Shown: positions 18,696-31,081 of the stretch, in pieces
Numbering within the stretch: the first letter of the stretch is position 1
Layout: each line of letters starts with the position of its first letter
NCBI GenBank assembly: GCA_051599415.1
Contig: AP039690.1
Coordinates: 310,001 to 374,000, forward strand
Source: Savitreella phatthalungensis
Lineage: Eukaryota
Reading direction: 5' to 3'
Length of the DNA stretch: 64,000 bases
The notes under the pieces: model-generated
What the model saw: only the letters and a program-made list of their open reading frames with translations
Databases searched by the model: none
What the model was told of the DNA's origin: nothing
Position numbers and translations under genes: made by a program

Positions 18696-20027
18696 TCAAG
18701 CATTCCGAACGGCATCGTCAATAGCGCGAGCGACGTACTCCACATTGGATGTGTTGAGACCGGCCATCGAGATTCTCCCGTTCTTCGTCAGGTAGATGTG
18801 GTATTTCTTTGTCAGCACATCGACCTGCGCAGCAGAAAGACCCGTGAAGCTGAACATTCCGATCTGGGTGATGATGTGTTCCCACGAGCCAGGGGTTGAT
18901 AATGTGCTTGTGAGGTGACGGTGAAGCTCGCGACGCATATCGATGATGCGGTCAGCCATCCCTTTCAGCTCGCGCTGCCACTGAGCGAATAGATCGGCGT
19001 CGTTGAGCACGAGAGAAGCGATGCGGGCCGGAAACGCCGGTGGATTTGAGATTTCTGAACGCTGCAGGACTGCAAGTTGCGAGCTGACCCGCGCTGCAAC
19101 GTCCTTTGATGGCGCCACCCAGTGGAAAGCTCCCGCACGCTCTCCGTAGAGCCCGAAATTCTTTGCGAATGACTGGGCAACGCAGAGCTCCAGACCCCTG
19201 CTTATGAAGTACCGCACAGCAGACGCGTCTCGTTCAAGATCGCCCGTCGCGAATCCCTGGTATGCGCAGTCGAAGAAGGGGAATAACCGACGGCGCTCCA
19301 CCACATCGGCGATCTTCTGCCACTGCTCTTCGGTCGGGTCGATGCCTGTCGGATTGTGTGCACAAGCATGGATGAGGATGATTGATCCCTCAGGGCATGA
19401 TGCGAGTGTCGCAAGATAGCCTTCGATGTCGAGACCACGCGTCTTCGCATCCCAGTATGGGTATTGCTTGACGTCAACACCGACATTCTGCCAAATAGCT
19501 GCATGATTCGCCCAGGTGGGGTTTGAGATATACACGCAGCGTCCCTTGTTGAATTTGGCCATGAATAAGGCGCCAAGGTGATTGGCTCCCGTGCCGCTGA
19601 TGGTTTGTATGCTAGATACACGACCTTGAGCAATGGCCTTAGAGTCTTTGCCGAGCAGAAGCCGCGCAGCTGCAGATGTGAACGCAGGCAGACCGGCAAT
19701 TGGTAGGTACTCGTGGTCGAGAGTCGTGTCCTTGACGAGCAGCTCATGCGCCTTTCGGACGACAGGCAAGACATACGGCTTACCCGCGTCATCACGGTAG
19801 GCGCCGACGCCAAGATTCACCTTGTCCTTAAAGTCATCGGTCTTATAGGCTGCAGTCAATGCAAAGATAGCATCGGCCGGCGCAAGTGGAAGGTCAGCGA
19901 ATACTGATTCAGTCATCGTCTGAGAAATCTGCGAGGAAATCTGCGCATTGGTCAGTCACTTGCAGCCCAGCGAAGTCAGGGGAAGTACAGAAGACCTTAC
20001 CTGCTCAAGACGTTGAGATGGGCCCAT
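18696..20027 (-). CDS. AAT2: Cytosolic-type aspartate aminotransferase; exon 1 20027-20001, intron 20000-19941, exon 2 19940-18696
   Basis: NLGVGAYRDD, HACAHNPTG, DCAYQGF, SFAKNFGLYGER (PLP lysine). Upstream exon supported by GTAAGG donor, CTGAC branch, CAG acceptor and frame continuity. Second ATG at 19916. Confidence 0.95.
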
Positions 20028-21156
20028 GGAATGATGCGTCAATCTGAAGGATGTGCGCTCCTTAACTTGTGTCCTTGTGGTCAACAGTCTGACACGGTAG
20101 TGTTCACGCTTGCGATCGTATCACCTCGCAGCCATCTCCAATCATTCTATCGATCGGGCGGACCGAAATCTGAAAAGTGGAGAATATTGCAAATGTGTGA
20201 TCGGCAACTTGTTCTCCGGTCACTTCTTTCCTTCCGCCAATTGTTGTTCGTGAATTGGATCACTTGATTATGTGCATTATGCAGAATAGGCCCGCAACCT
20301 AGAAATCGTAGCCGCCAATCCTGGACCGCCCGTACGCCTGTCCAGGCTTGCTGTCCGCAGCAACATCGCTTTTGCCATCCCATTGATGCCCGAACTCGAT
20401 GATCAGAGCGGCTATTTGCGATATCATCAATTGCGTGCAATGACTGATGTCACATGACTTGTCCGCGAGTCCTTTCACATTTTGATCAGCTGAGTGCATC
20501 TTGCGCTACACGTCACGCGGATCGACCTTGATTCGTTATTGGTCTTTTGTTCGCTCCAGAGGAACAACGGTACTGGTAGTTCCGGCTTGAGTGAAATTTC
20601 CCCGAACAGTCTGCAAAAGATGTTCTTTTGCTCTTCAGCGTCTGCGTATCAGGCTTTCCTGCTTCAAGCTTGCGTACGCTGCGTACCGCGTGATCTGCAA
20701 AACGCTTCTGAGCTCGCGGCTCAATAACAGGGCATGATCCTGGAGATGCAGCGCTTGCCGGACATGTGGATCTTCCGCACTCGGTGCGAGAACACTGCCA
20801 TACAGGCCGAGTTATCGTGCGTTGTAATGTTTTCGTACATTGCCGTACTCGCTCCTCCGTATGTGCTTCTCAGAAAGGCGCCAAGTGCCTAGAAAGCAAG
20901 ATCACTGGATCGTAATGAACATCCTCCATTACCTGTGTCCGGAAACATCTCACTCAAAAGTACTCTCGAAAGAGACGGCGATCTTCCCGCGATCTCATAA
21001 TTACTTCACTCTGAACAATTTGAAAAGCAATGTAATCGTGACAATGAACTCGTGACGTGTGAAGAGCTCGTTCGTGGAGGCGAAAGAGGAGGCGTGCTGC
21101 CCTGGAGCACGACGCACAAGAGTATATATTTTGTATTTTGCCAAATTTCTTATGAC

Positions 21157-21229
21157 GTCCAAGTGGCACAGTGGTTAGCGCGTGAGATTGCAAATCTCGA
21201 GGTCGTTGGTTCAAATCCGACCTTGGACT
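21157..21229 (+). tRNA. tRNA-Cys (GCA), intronless
   Basis: Acceptor stem GTCCAAG/CTTGGAC, anticodon arm TGAGA-TTGCAAA-TCTCG, T-loop TTCAAAT, discriminator T, followed by a T-run Pol III terminator. Confidence 0.96.
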
Positions 21230-21461
21230 TTTTTTTGTTTCTTCTTTTACTTCTATTCGCTTCTTCCCTTTTCTTCTATGCTGATTAGGTTCACGCTGTC
21301 CTTGACCTGTCACGGTCCACTTCGCCGGGCAGTCCCGCCATATCCAGTCAATCATGAGTAGAATTGAACAGACGGGCTGGAGAGTAAAAGGGGTGGGATG
21401 AATTGGGGTGAAGTATGCTGCGAAGTCTATGTACATTGAGCTATCAGAGGGTTGAGAGCCG

Positions 21462-23420
21462 CTATTCCTTCTTGTCCGCGTTTTCCTGCTGCTGGTCCTG
21501 CTGCTGGTCCTGCTGTGCACGCGACTTGTAAACCTGCTCGAAGAGCTTAAGCGATGCGTTCTGCACTGCGTCTGTCTTCTCCTTCAGCTCAGCAGCCGTC
21601 ACAGCTGCACCATCACCGGCTTGAGCCTTAGCAATGACCTCACGCAGTTCGGCAATGGACGCCCGAATCTTGTCAGCCTCGGCCTTGTCAACCTGCGCCT
21701 CAAAGTCCTTGAGAGACTGTTCAGTGTCGTTCATCACCGAATCGGCCTTGTTGGCGGCCTCGATCTGGTCCTTACGCTCCTTGTCGGCACCAGCATTGCG
21801 CTCAGCCTCATCAACCATACGCTGAATCTCATTCTCGGTCAGTCCGGAGGAAGCCGCGATCGTGATCGACTGGTCCTTGTTGGTTGCCTTGTCCTTGGCT
21901 GAGACATTGACAATGCCATCGGCGTCGATGTCGAAAGTGACTTCGATCTGTGGAACGCCCTTAGGTGCAGGTGGGATGCCGACGAGCTGGAAATTACCCA
22001 GCAATTTGTTGTCCTTGCAGAGCTCGCGCTCACCCTGGTAGACCTTGATCTCGACGGCTGTCTGCCCAGAGGCAGCAGTGGAGAACGTCTGAGACTTACG
22101 AGTAGGAATCGTGGTGTTGCGGTTGATGAGACGAGTGAAGACGCCACCAAGCGTCTCGATACCGAGGGAGAGCGGTGTCACATCGAGGAGAATGATGTCC
22201 TTCACCTCACCGGACAGTACACCTCCCTGAATGGCGGCGCCCATGGCGACAGCTTCGTCGGGGTTGACGGCCTTTGATGGCTCACGACCAAAGATAGACT
22301 TGCAGAATTCAGTCACCTTCGGCATACGTGTCATTCCGCCGACCAGGATGACCTCTTGAAGCTCTCCCTTGTTGATGCCAGCATCTTTGATGGCTTTCTC
22401 GCAAGGCACCACAGTCTGCTTGATCATCGGCTCCACGAGCTTCTCGAATTGTGCGCGAGTCAACTTGGTGTTGATGTGCTTTGGTCCTGAAGCGTCGGCC
22501 GTGATGAAGGGCAGGTTGATCTCCGTCGACACTGTCGAGGACAGCTCGATCTTCGCCTTCTCTGCAGCTTCTCGAATACGCTGAATGGCCATGCGATCCT
22601 TGCTCAGATCCATGTTCTCGTCTTTCTTAAATTGCTCGACAATGTGGCGCACGAGGACGATGTCGAAGTCCTCTCCACCCAGGTGCGTGTCACCGTTGGT
22701 CGACTTGACTTCAAAGACGCCCTTGTTGAGCTCCAGGATGGAGACGTCAAACGTGCCGCCTCCGAGGTCGTAAACAGCGACGATCTTGTCGGTGTCCTTG
22801 TCGAGTCCATATGCTAGGGCAGCCGCGGTCGGCTCGTTGACGACACGAAGAACGTTGAGTCCAGCAATCGAGCCGGCATCACGGGTGGCCTGACGCTGCG
22901 AGTCATTGAAGTACGCGGGCACTGTGACGACGGCGTTTTGCACAGCCTTGCCGAGATAAGCGTCCGCGGTCTCTTTCATTTTACCCAGAACGAAGCCACC
23001 GATCTGGGAAGGCGAGTACTTCTCTCCACGAGCCTCAACCCACGCATCACCGTTGGTATGCTTCACAATCTTGTAGGGCACTTGGTTGATGTCGCGCTGG
23101 ACTTCAGGCTCGTCGAAGCGACGTCCGATGAGACGCTTGGTCGCGAAGAGCGTGTTCTCCGGATTGACTACGGCCTGGCGTCTTGCAGCGACTCCCACAA
23201 GACGCTCGCCATCCTTTGTGAAGGCGACAACAGAAGGAGTAGTGCGAGCTCCTTCAGAGTTCTCGATGATCTTCGGCTTGGCTCCGTCCATCACAGCGAC
23301 GGCAGAATTCGTAGTGCCAAGATCGACACCAATGACAGTGCCGCGCACCTGCTCAGACATAAGCCTGCGGCCGCTCACAGGCAGCCTGTTGATACCTGTC
23401 CGGATCGTCCTGCTCAACAT
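21462..23420 (-). CDS. SSC1: Mitochondrial Hsp70
   Basis: Presequence, [28 protein letters not shown]naK/mtHsp70 signatures. Confidence 0.97.
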   Translation of the reverse strand: MLSRTIRTGINRLPVSGRRLMSEQVRGTVIGVDLGTTNSAVAVMDGAKPKIIENSEGARTTPSVVAFTKDGERLVGVAARRQAVVNPENTLFATKRLIGRRFDEPEVQRDINQVPYKIVKHTNGDAWVEARGEKYSPSQIGGFVLGKMKETADAYLGKAVQNAVVTVPAYFNDSQRQATRDAGSIAGLNVLRVVNEPTAAALAYGLDKDTDKIVAVYDLGGGTFDVSILELNKGVFEVKSTNGDTHLGGEDFDIVLVRHIVEQFKKDENMDLSKDRMAIQRIREAAEKAKIELSSTVSTEINLPFITADASGPKHINTKLTRAQFEKLVEPMIKQTVVPCEKAIKDAGINKGELQEVILVGGMTRMPKVTEFCKSIFGREPSKAVNPDEAVAMGAAIQGGVLSGEVKDIILLDVTPLSLGIETLGGVFTRLINRNTTIPTRKSQTFSTAASGQTAVEIKVYQGERELCKDNKLLGNFQLVGIPPAPKGVPQIEVTFDIDADGIVNVSAKDKATNKDQSITIAASSGLTENEIQRMVDEAERNAGADKERKDQIEAANKADSVMNDTEQSLKDFEAQVDKAEADKIRASIAELREVIAKAQAGDGAAVTAAELKEKTDAVQNASLKLFEQVYKSRAQQDQQQDQQQENADKKE

Positions 23421-25037
23421 GACGACTTATTGGTATTGACTGTAATAGTATTTTATGTCTTGATACGGGTGTCGCAACTCGAATAAGGTAGACGTGGACA
23501 ACTGACTGGTTCTACTCGTCAAAGAGGAAAAAAAAAAAGTGTCGTGCGTAATCGTTGAGAGAAGACAGGGAAAAAAGTTTCTCGGAGTCTCCATGAATGC
23601 AGCCCATACCACATTGTCACTCAGATCAGAGGCCTGCAGGATTGCCGGTTTTCAAAATTTGCTCTGACCTGGACCAGATACCCACTTTTGCTGTCTCATT
23701 GGCAAGTTGGACGATTATGCGCCACACCTAAATTTCGATTCGTGGACTGCTGGAAGAACGTTGATGATGTTCGAGCTATGCATTTCGACGGCGTGCGGGT
23801 AATATGCAAGGAGCACGTCAGCTCGAGCGAAGCATTCAATCGCTACGAGATTTGCGTAGCCTTGACCTACAGTGATCATCGCTGAGCATACCGCATGCTT
23901 AACAGCAGCGTTCAGTCCACTGGCTTAATGGCAGGCTGACTTGACAAAAGCCTCACGTCAACTTCCTGACAGTGTCTATGCTGAGCCTATGCTTCTATGC
24001 GTACGTTCTCTGACGAGACACAACTTGTTAGCTTCTTCGACAGTCGAAATAACATTCTGCATCTTCTCCTTGACAACTACACGCCTGTGCATAGCTGCTA
24101 CAGGCGGCCGAAGAGCATATGTCCGGCCATGGTTTGCGCCAGCGTGTCTGATACTGGCAATCAAATCGATTACATGCAGAGAGTTGGACCATTTCCGTAT
24201 CACATAAACAAAATCATGGCCTAGTTGGCCACGTTAGCCGTCGTCCTTCTCGTCTCTCGTCATAGACGAGCGTTTCGACCCACGAGGACTACAACCTCAA
24301 ATATCTGCTCATAGAGTCAGATCGCTCGCAGTCTGCGTTGAGCATTTGTTTGAATTGATTTGTAACGGGTTTATGGCATCTCAGGTGCAAGATCACTACA
24401 GCCAAATGTTGAAGAATGCCATAGGTATTCAGGCCTCAGCGCGTTCAAAGCGATTAATCTGAGGACTACTTTGATCACGGAGTACAGGGTTGATTAGGCC
24501 GAGGATCGAAATGAATCTTGCGCAACACTAGCTTCACAGAACATTGCTGTGATCTACTTCATCCGGCAGCACTGGGTTACAGATGTGCTGCTGCGCAGTG
24601 CGTGGAACACGAGCTGCCTGAGGGATCAGAGGATAAGATAACACATATGTCCACGATGCTCGTGCTACACGCACTTCATCGCGTAAGACTCGCCTGTACG
24701 GGGCGTGGCAACTGAGCCCAATTTCTGGCGGTTCTGAAATGTCTGAAAAGGCCTGTCAGAGAGTGCTTCCTAGTCAATTCCAAAAGTATTTCCGAAGTCA
24801 GAATGCTTCTAGTCACATGTATGCAATTCGTCGAAATACCGACATATAAATGCCTACTGCATTTGTGTCTGTATATGCATGAGCGGACGTGCATTCTAGC
24901 TTCTCAAGTCAAGGCTACATGCAGTGATGCACGCAAAAAGCGTGTGTTCTAAATTAGACAAGATCCATTGCGTGAAGGTGTCAGAAGACGCGGACGCGAC
25001 GATTCAAATCGTCCCAGGATCTGTATCCAACCTTTAC

Positions 25038-26722
25038 ATGGACCGCTTCATGCAACCACTGCAGCGCGCGGGCTCCACGAATCCGAAGGCACAAGGCAGC
25101 TTTCCGCAACAGATGCAGAGTAGCTCGGGTCTTCCTCCTCGGCCAGGGACGAGCGGTGGGTTTAGGCAAGGCCCAGGTAGTAGCGGCATGCCTGGTTCGT
25201 TTATGCAAAGTCCAGCGGCAGGCTGGGCGAACAATGCGTTTGGAGGCGCCGGCGTCGCATCGATGAACAACTTCTCCAGTGTGACGGGAGTATCCCATCA
25301 AAGCTTCTCAACGGACGACTTCCCCGCTCTTGGTTCAAATGATCTCGGATCAATGCCAGCCCAAGCACGGAACGTAGTGCAAGCTAATAGTCTGGCTGCA
25401 GACGATTCTTACGCTGCGGTATCGCTCAGCAGGAGTACTGCGGGGTCTGGTGCACCAAATATGAATGCTTACGATGATTTTCCGGCCTTACCAGGTATGC
25501 TCTCTGCGGACATGAAAGGAACAGGTCCTTCTACCGATGGAGGTCATCGAGCAAACGGATTTCCCCTGTCTGTCGACGATAGTCTTTCTGGAGTAGTGGC
25601 CGGCGGATTGAACCACAACAGTAAAGACAACCAGAAACTGCAGCAGCATCGTTCGTCTCTGCTCGGTGCAATGACGCAGGGTAGATCGACAACGCCGAGA
25701 GTCGTATCTGGCGCGTCACTAACTGGATCTGGCCCAGCACCTTCAGCGTCTATAACGCATAGCCTGCCTCCGACCAGCGGCAATGGTGTCCACACAGCAA
25801 CGACGTACGCGGGGAGACAGATTTCTGCACCGCCTAATTTGAGTCTAATGTCGGGACCGCCAGCACTTGAACCGCACCCTCCTGTGTCCGCAGGTTCTCT
25901 TCTGCAAGACGATAGCAGCAAATCGGGTGGACCGTCGTCGATTCCAACACCTAGCCACGCGCCAGGCCTACATGCCTCGATATTGCAACACCAGCAGGAC
26001 TCACAAACGATTGCCCTGCTGCCACAATCACATCGAGTTACAGTAAGTGAGGAACGACAGCACGGTGAGAGCACCACGTCCGAACAGGACAAGTACAGCA
26101 TCCAGGGCCTCTTACCGACCATCAGACATGCGACATTGGACAGGTCTCTCTTGTCGCTTGGAACAGACCTGACAACACTGGGTTTGAAACTCCCTGTGGA
26201 GGACGGGCGAAGCATGTCCTCATTGTGGTCCTCTCCATGGAGTGACACCCCGACATTGAGCGCTTTGCAGTATGCAAATTGGACCCTACCGGCCTGCTAC
26301 ACTTCCGAGCAAATGCCACAAATTCTGCCGCCCGCGAGTCTCAAAATCAGCAATTTTGCGGAAGAGACCTTGTTTTACATCTTTTACACTCAGCCGAGAG
26401 ACAGAATGCAGGAACTGGCTGCGCAAGAGCTAACGTCTCGAAATTGGCGCTTTCACAAGTCGCTTGGTCTTTGGCTTACGAAGGAACCTGGCGTGGAGCC
26501 TGCCGTGCGCACCCCGCTGATGGAGCGCGGTCAGTACGTTTTCTTCGACTTCGAACGATGGGAGAAGGTGAAAAAGGCATTTGAGCTGCATTATGAGGAC
26601 TTGGAGGATCGATTTAACAGTCACGCTTCAGCGGCAGCCGTGGCCGCGGCTGCTCAAGCGCAGGCCCATGCAGTTGCCGCACAACAGCAGCACGTGACCG
26701 GCCAGCAACAGCCGCCACCGCA

Positions 26723-26786
<64 letters not shown>

Positions 26787-26903
26787 CAACAACAACAGCA
26801 ACAACAGCAACAACAACACCAGCATTCCACATTGGCGCCACCTCCAGGTCAATTAGGGTCTGCAGCCAATCCCGTAAGTTACGCCACAATGCCATCAGAA
26901 TGA
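25038..26903 (+). CDS. NOT2: CCR4-NOT complex subunit Not2
   Basis: DDFPAL repeats, LGTDLTTLGL, NOT-box ETLFYIFYTQPRD..QELAAQEL..RNWRFHK. First plausible ATG at 25038. Confidence 0.92.
26721..26816 (+). repeat. CAG/CAA tract encoding 32 Gln (17 uninterrupted CAG at 26727-26777)
   Basis: Counted from the sequence. Confidence 0.95.
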
Positions 26904-27172
26904 TAGCGCCGGCTGTGCATCCCGCTGCATTGTTGCAATGTTGGTGCGAATGATACCGCGTGCTGTTTGCTCGGATATTGAATTCGGCAGGTGCCAGGAA
27001 ACCCCACACCGGAAAGCCGGCAGGGCAAATTCATATGTAAACTAAATTATACAAACTATAGCCCGAACGTCAGCGGACGACGTGCGCGCACTAAAGAGAC
27101 CTCGTGACAGCCACATAGCTTTTAAGGCGCTTCGACATCTTCTCCACAGAGCCCAGTAAGCATTGCCATACG

Positions 27173-28003
27173 ATGCCGGTGCCGCAATTGGTCGAAGGCT
27201 TGAAGGTCGAGTTTCCCTCCTCGCAAATCTTGGTGGTGACTCTCTGCCGAAATGACTATAACATGCTCAATCAAGCTCTTCAGCACAAGCTGAATGAGCT
27301 TCTCGATTGGTTCGATATCACCGATGCAAATCGAGATCTCGAGGCCTCTAGGTTGCGCGTCGCAATCATTGCAGCGACTGGCAAAGGCTGGTGCTGCGGA
27401 GCAGATTTGAAGGAGTGGCTCGTAAATAATGCCGCTGGTAAGACATTCAATGCCCCTTCGGGAGGCTTTGGTGGCATATCACGACGCATATCGAAGAAGC
27501 CCATCATTGCGGCTGTTCAGGGCTTGTGTCTTGGTGGTGGGACGGAGATGGTGGTGAACTGCGATCTTGTCGTGGCAGCGAAATCTGCTCAATTCGGCTT
27601 GCCCGAGGTCAAGCGTGGCGTATTTGCCAAGATGGGTGCGCTCGGCCGCATTGTGCGCCATCTTGGTCTACAGCGTGCGTCGGAACTGGCACTAATCGGC
27701 GAGCCAATTTCGGCCCAACAGGGCCAAGAGTGGGGTTTCATCAATCGCGTCGTCGAGCGTGAACAGGTCTTGCCGACTGCGCTCGATCTCGCCCATCGAA
27801 TATGTGCAAATTCGCCAGATTCTGTCATTGTCTCAAAGACCGGGATGCAATTCGCACAGGAGATCGGCTCGCTGGAGAGATCGACTCAGGTCCACAATGA
27901 TTCATCCTTCGTACGCGGACTAGAGCAAGGTGAGAACATCGCGGAAGGACTGGCGGCATTCAAGGAGAAGCGCGAGACCCGTTGGCGGGACTCGAAATTA
28001 TAG
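27173..28003 (+). CDS. Enoyl-CoA hydratase/isomerase family protein, peroxisomal (PTS1 SKL)
   Basis: GADLKE, KPIIAAVQG..GGGTE..CD, FGLPEVKRG; ends in -SKL. Confidence 0.93.
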   Translation: MPVPQLVEGLKVEFPSSQILVVTLCRNDYNMLNQALQHKLNELLDWFDITDANRDLEASRLRVAIIAATGKGWCCGADLKEWLVNNAAGKTFNAPSGGFGGISRRISKKPIIAAVQGLCLGGGTEMVVNCDLVVAAKSAQFGLPEVKRGVFAKMGALGRIVRHLGLQRASELALIGEPISAQQGQEWGFINRVVEREQVLPTALDLAHRICANSPDSVIVSKTGMQFAQEIGSLERSTQVHNDSSFVRGLEQGENIAEGLAAFKEKRETRWRDSKL

Positions 28004-28030
28004 TTAAGCCCACTTCGTATTGTCATGTTT

Positions 28031-30496
28031 TTACTCAGCCTCTGGGTCTTGGTCCAGATTCACGCGGTCTGCCCGACTTTTGGTGCGGTCATTGCGACGC
28101 GCGAGCGCCACTTGCTTTTGTGCCGTAGCCGTGACAAGTCTGTCTACCGCTGCATCAGCGCCATCCTCGTGTCGCGCATATTCTATCACGAGCCGACGTC
28201 CGAGGAGATGCGTGCCTTGCAGCGCCTCGACAGCATGTTCGGCTTCCCCTTTAGAGACGAACTCGAGGAACGCGAAGCCGCGTAGATGAGCGTCAACCTT
28301 TTTTGGAAGTCTGCAGGCTTTCAGCTTGCCATGAGCGCTGAACAGCCTTTGTACGTCCTGTCTAGTTGTTTCAAACGGCAGGTTTTTGACGACCACCTTT
28401 GGGCTTGATCGCTTACCAACACGAGACTGTGCCGCAGCGACGGCCTTTTTGCGCGAGGCTATGGTTTGTCCCTGTGACGGCTTCAGCTCCAGAGCATGAC
28501 CATCAAGCTTGAATCCCTGCAGAGCTCTGATCGCCCGAGACGCGTCCTCTTGTGTAGCAAACTCGGCAAAACCGAAGCCCATTGACAAGCGACCACCCGG
28601 AACCTTTGGGTCTGGCTTTGTCTTGACAGTAGCGTTACGGAACCCGGAAAGTGTCTCCATCGCCTTTGTCAAATCGTCGTCACGAGTTTGCCACGACAGA
28701 TTCTTGACAAAAACAGTCGTCAAGGCAGAAGGATCGGTTTCCTGATCGTCAGTTCGAGTGAGTTGAGGCGTGTCGTCCTCGAGCTTTGCGGGCTGAGCGA
28801 CAGCCTGCGAATTTAGCACCCCCGACGGTCCTTTCTCGAGATATATGATCGCATCTGCACCCGGGAACTTTCGATAGGCCAGCTTCGCGAATACGCTTTT
28901 ACCCATTGGCTTCGTCTTCACCTGCACAAGTGCCAGCCCTCCTTGTGGCGGGACAAGACAGTGGACAATCTCGCCTCCGACTTGTTCGACAGTGTCTCGC
29001 ACTTTCTTCTCGTCTGTTGCTGCGGGCAGGTTCTTGAAGAGAATGATGCTATCGTCCCGCTCACGTCCATTGCCAAAGCTCGACAGATCGACTCCATGAC
29101 TCGAGAACCATTGTTTGATCTGTCTCAGCACACTGGCTTCTGCCAATGCCATAGTCACGGCGGCATCGCTCCGATCAGCCTCGATCAAGGCAGATTTTGC
29201 GACGCCGAAACGATCTGCAACTTGTTGCAGTACGGCGTCCTGATTCAGAAATAAGGTATTCCAGGCGAAGCGCTCCTTAGCGGCACCCCTGCGTCGCTCT
29301 TCCTTGCGTCTCGACCCGACCGGTCCCCTGCTTGCTGGAACAGCAGGGCCTGGTGCGGTCAGAGGAGGTGCAGCTGGTAAGATATGTAGGAGACGACCAT
29401 GAAAAGCCGTCCCGTCAAGTGCTCGCAACGCCTTCAATGCATCTTCGCCACGGTCAAACATGATGAAAGCAGTCCCCAAAGGCTGTCCAGAATGGCCATC
29501 GACCGGGGTATGTGTGTCTTGAACGGTCCCAAATCTCGAAAATAGATTATGCAGGTCAGACTCGCTGACTTTAAAGTCGAGATTGCGACAGAATAGCCTC
29601 CTACTCTCAAGCACTTTATCAGTCACCACATCGGCATCAACATCATCCTGCTGAAGTACGCCTGTGACGTTGCCTGCATTGTGACTTGCCGTCTGTGCTG
29701 TAGATCTTGATCCGAGATCGGCGACGTCTTCTGGACCGCCTTCTTCGAGTAGCCGCGATGTTCGACTCCTCAACCAGTCTTCATCATCTGCATCCTCAGA
29801 GATTGGCCGGGGCATTCGCGGGTCCCTGAGCGTGTGTTCATCGACTCTGACAGTGTCTTGTGTACCTCCTGATGCTGCCGCAGTGTCTTGTGTATCTCCT
29901 GATGCCGCCGCACGATTCACGCCGTCTTCATCACCTGTGTCTGGTTTTTCGTAGGCTTCATGCGTCGCCTGGCGATATGACCCCGCCATTCCAAGGGGAG
30001 CCTGATCTAAGTCGTTCTCGTCGTCGTTCAGAAAAGTTTTTGTCTTCGACCGAGGCTCGTGCAATCGTAAGAACTCCTGAAATTTCCTCTCCCGCTCTGG
30101 GTTCTCGAAAGCGGCTGTGGCATTAGATTCATCTCGTTTGCGCTTGCGATTGACTCCAACGATGGCTTCAGAGGACTCATCGGCAGCGGAGGACATGACT
30201 TCCTGGCGCTCTTTTATCTCTGCGTCTTCGGCGATAGTGCGCGCGAGCTCGGCTTTGACTCGAGTTGTTCCAACAAACGTACGATTCCAATAGATCGCTG
30301 CACGCCTTGCCATTGCCTCGCTGGCATAGCCAACGAAGCCAAAACGGCGAGATCGGCCCTCGCGAGTAAGCTGTAGTTTCGCGTCGGTAGGCAGGAGGCC
30401 ATCACGCCCGGCAGATGCTGAAGAAAAGTGATTCGCGAAGCTATTTTGTGTCAGATGTGGCGGCAAATCCTTGATGATGATGCGTGTCGACATCAT
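28031..30496 (-). CDS. MRD1: Multiple-RRM ribosome biogenesis protein
   Basis: Five RRMs (SRRFGFVGY; SMGFGFAEF; RGFAFLEF) and the WNTLFLNQDAV linker. Confidence 0.93.
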   Translation of the reverse strand: MMSTRIIIKDLPPHLTQNSFANHFSSASAGRDGLLPTDAKLQLTREGRSRRFGFVGYASEAMARRAAIYWNRTFVGTTRVKAELARTIAEDAEIKERQEVMSSAADESSEAIVGVNRKRKRDESNATAAFENPERERKFQEFLRLHEPRSKTKTFLNDDENDLDQAPLGMAGSYRQATHEAYEKPDTGDEDGVNRAAASGDTQDTAAASGGTQDTVRVDEHTLRDPRMPRPISEDADDEDWLRSRTSRLLEEGGPEDVADLGSRSTAQTASHNAGNVTGVLQQDDVDADVVTDKVLESRRLFCRNLDFKVSESDLHNLFSRFGTVQDTHTPVDGHSGQPLGTAFIMFDRGEDALKALRALDGTAFHGRLLHILPAAPPLTAPGPAVPASRGPVGSRRKEERRRGAAKERFAWNTLFLNQDAVLQQVADRFGVAKSALIEADRSDAAVTMALAEASVLRQIKQWFSSHGVDLSSFGNGRERDDSIILFKNLPAATDEKKVRDTVEQVGGEIVHCLVPPQGGLALVQVKTKPMGKSVFAKLAYRKFPGADAIIYLEKGPSGVLNSQAVAQPAKLEDDTPQLTRTDDQETDPSALTTVFVKNLSWQTRDDDLTKAMETLSGFRNATVKTKPDPKVPGGRLSMGFGFAEFATQEDASRAIRALQGFKLDGHALELKPSQGQTIASRKKAVAAAQSRVGKRSSPKVVVKNLPFETTRQDVQRLFSAHGKLKACRLPKKVDAHLRGFAFLEFVSKGEAEHAVEALQGTHLLGRRLVIEYARHEDGADAAVDRLVTATAQKQVALARRNDRTKSRADRVNLDQDPEAE
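29851..29910. repeat. 30-bp tandem duplication inside MRD1
   Basis: cagtgtcttgtgtacctcctgatgctgccg followed by cagtgtcttgtgtatctcctgatgccgccg (2 mismatches), in frame. Confidence 0.9.
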
Positions 30497-31081
30497 GCGC
30501 CAGCAACGTAGTCCGCGACCCGCTGTGCCTTGAAGCTCTCAATTGCTGTGCACGTCACTTCGATCCACACATTTCACTAATTGATGCCTCCATCCGGCTA
30601 GCTGTAAATGCACATGTATTGTTCATTCAGTTGATCATATCTGATATGCATCGAATCTTTGATCGAGAGCATGCGCACTAGGGCTGCAGAACAGTGCAGT
30701 CGGTCACAATCTGCCTCACTTGGTTTCGTAAAGTCAAAACAGCTGAAGGCTAAATCTGATTCACTTGAATTTTGAAATGCATAATATTTGAAACAAATGC
30801 ATACAGGTGCGCAGACGAAGACAGGCATATCGTGTACAAGGACCAATCTGTCATTACTTGAGGTGAAGAACATCGTCTCCAGAATACGCATGATACGTTA
30901 TCAGGAGACGTCTTTCTACGCACATCTGACCATCTACATGGGTATCTAGGTACTCATGGGAGTAGCCGAAAGTGGATCGATATTCGATGAACTGCGGTAA
31001 TACGTCTAACAGCGATAGCGAGGAAAGCACTTTTGAAGGATAGTGAGTGATCGTGGCCATGTTCCAAGAAAATCTCGCTTG

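Noticed and set aside
20954..21520. 188-aa minus-strand ORF
   Set aside because: Overlaps the SSC1 3' end and is antisense to the tRNA; no coding features.
23421..25037. Telomerase RNA, snRNA or other ncRNA in the larger intergenic gaps (also 20100-21100, 46200-47700, 60100-61200)
   Set aside because: No telomere template or U1/U2/U5/U6 signature seen by eye; an Infernal/Rfam scan would be needed to exclude them.
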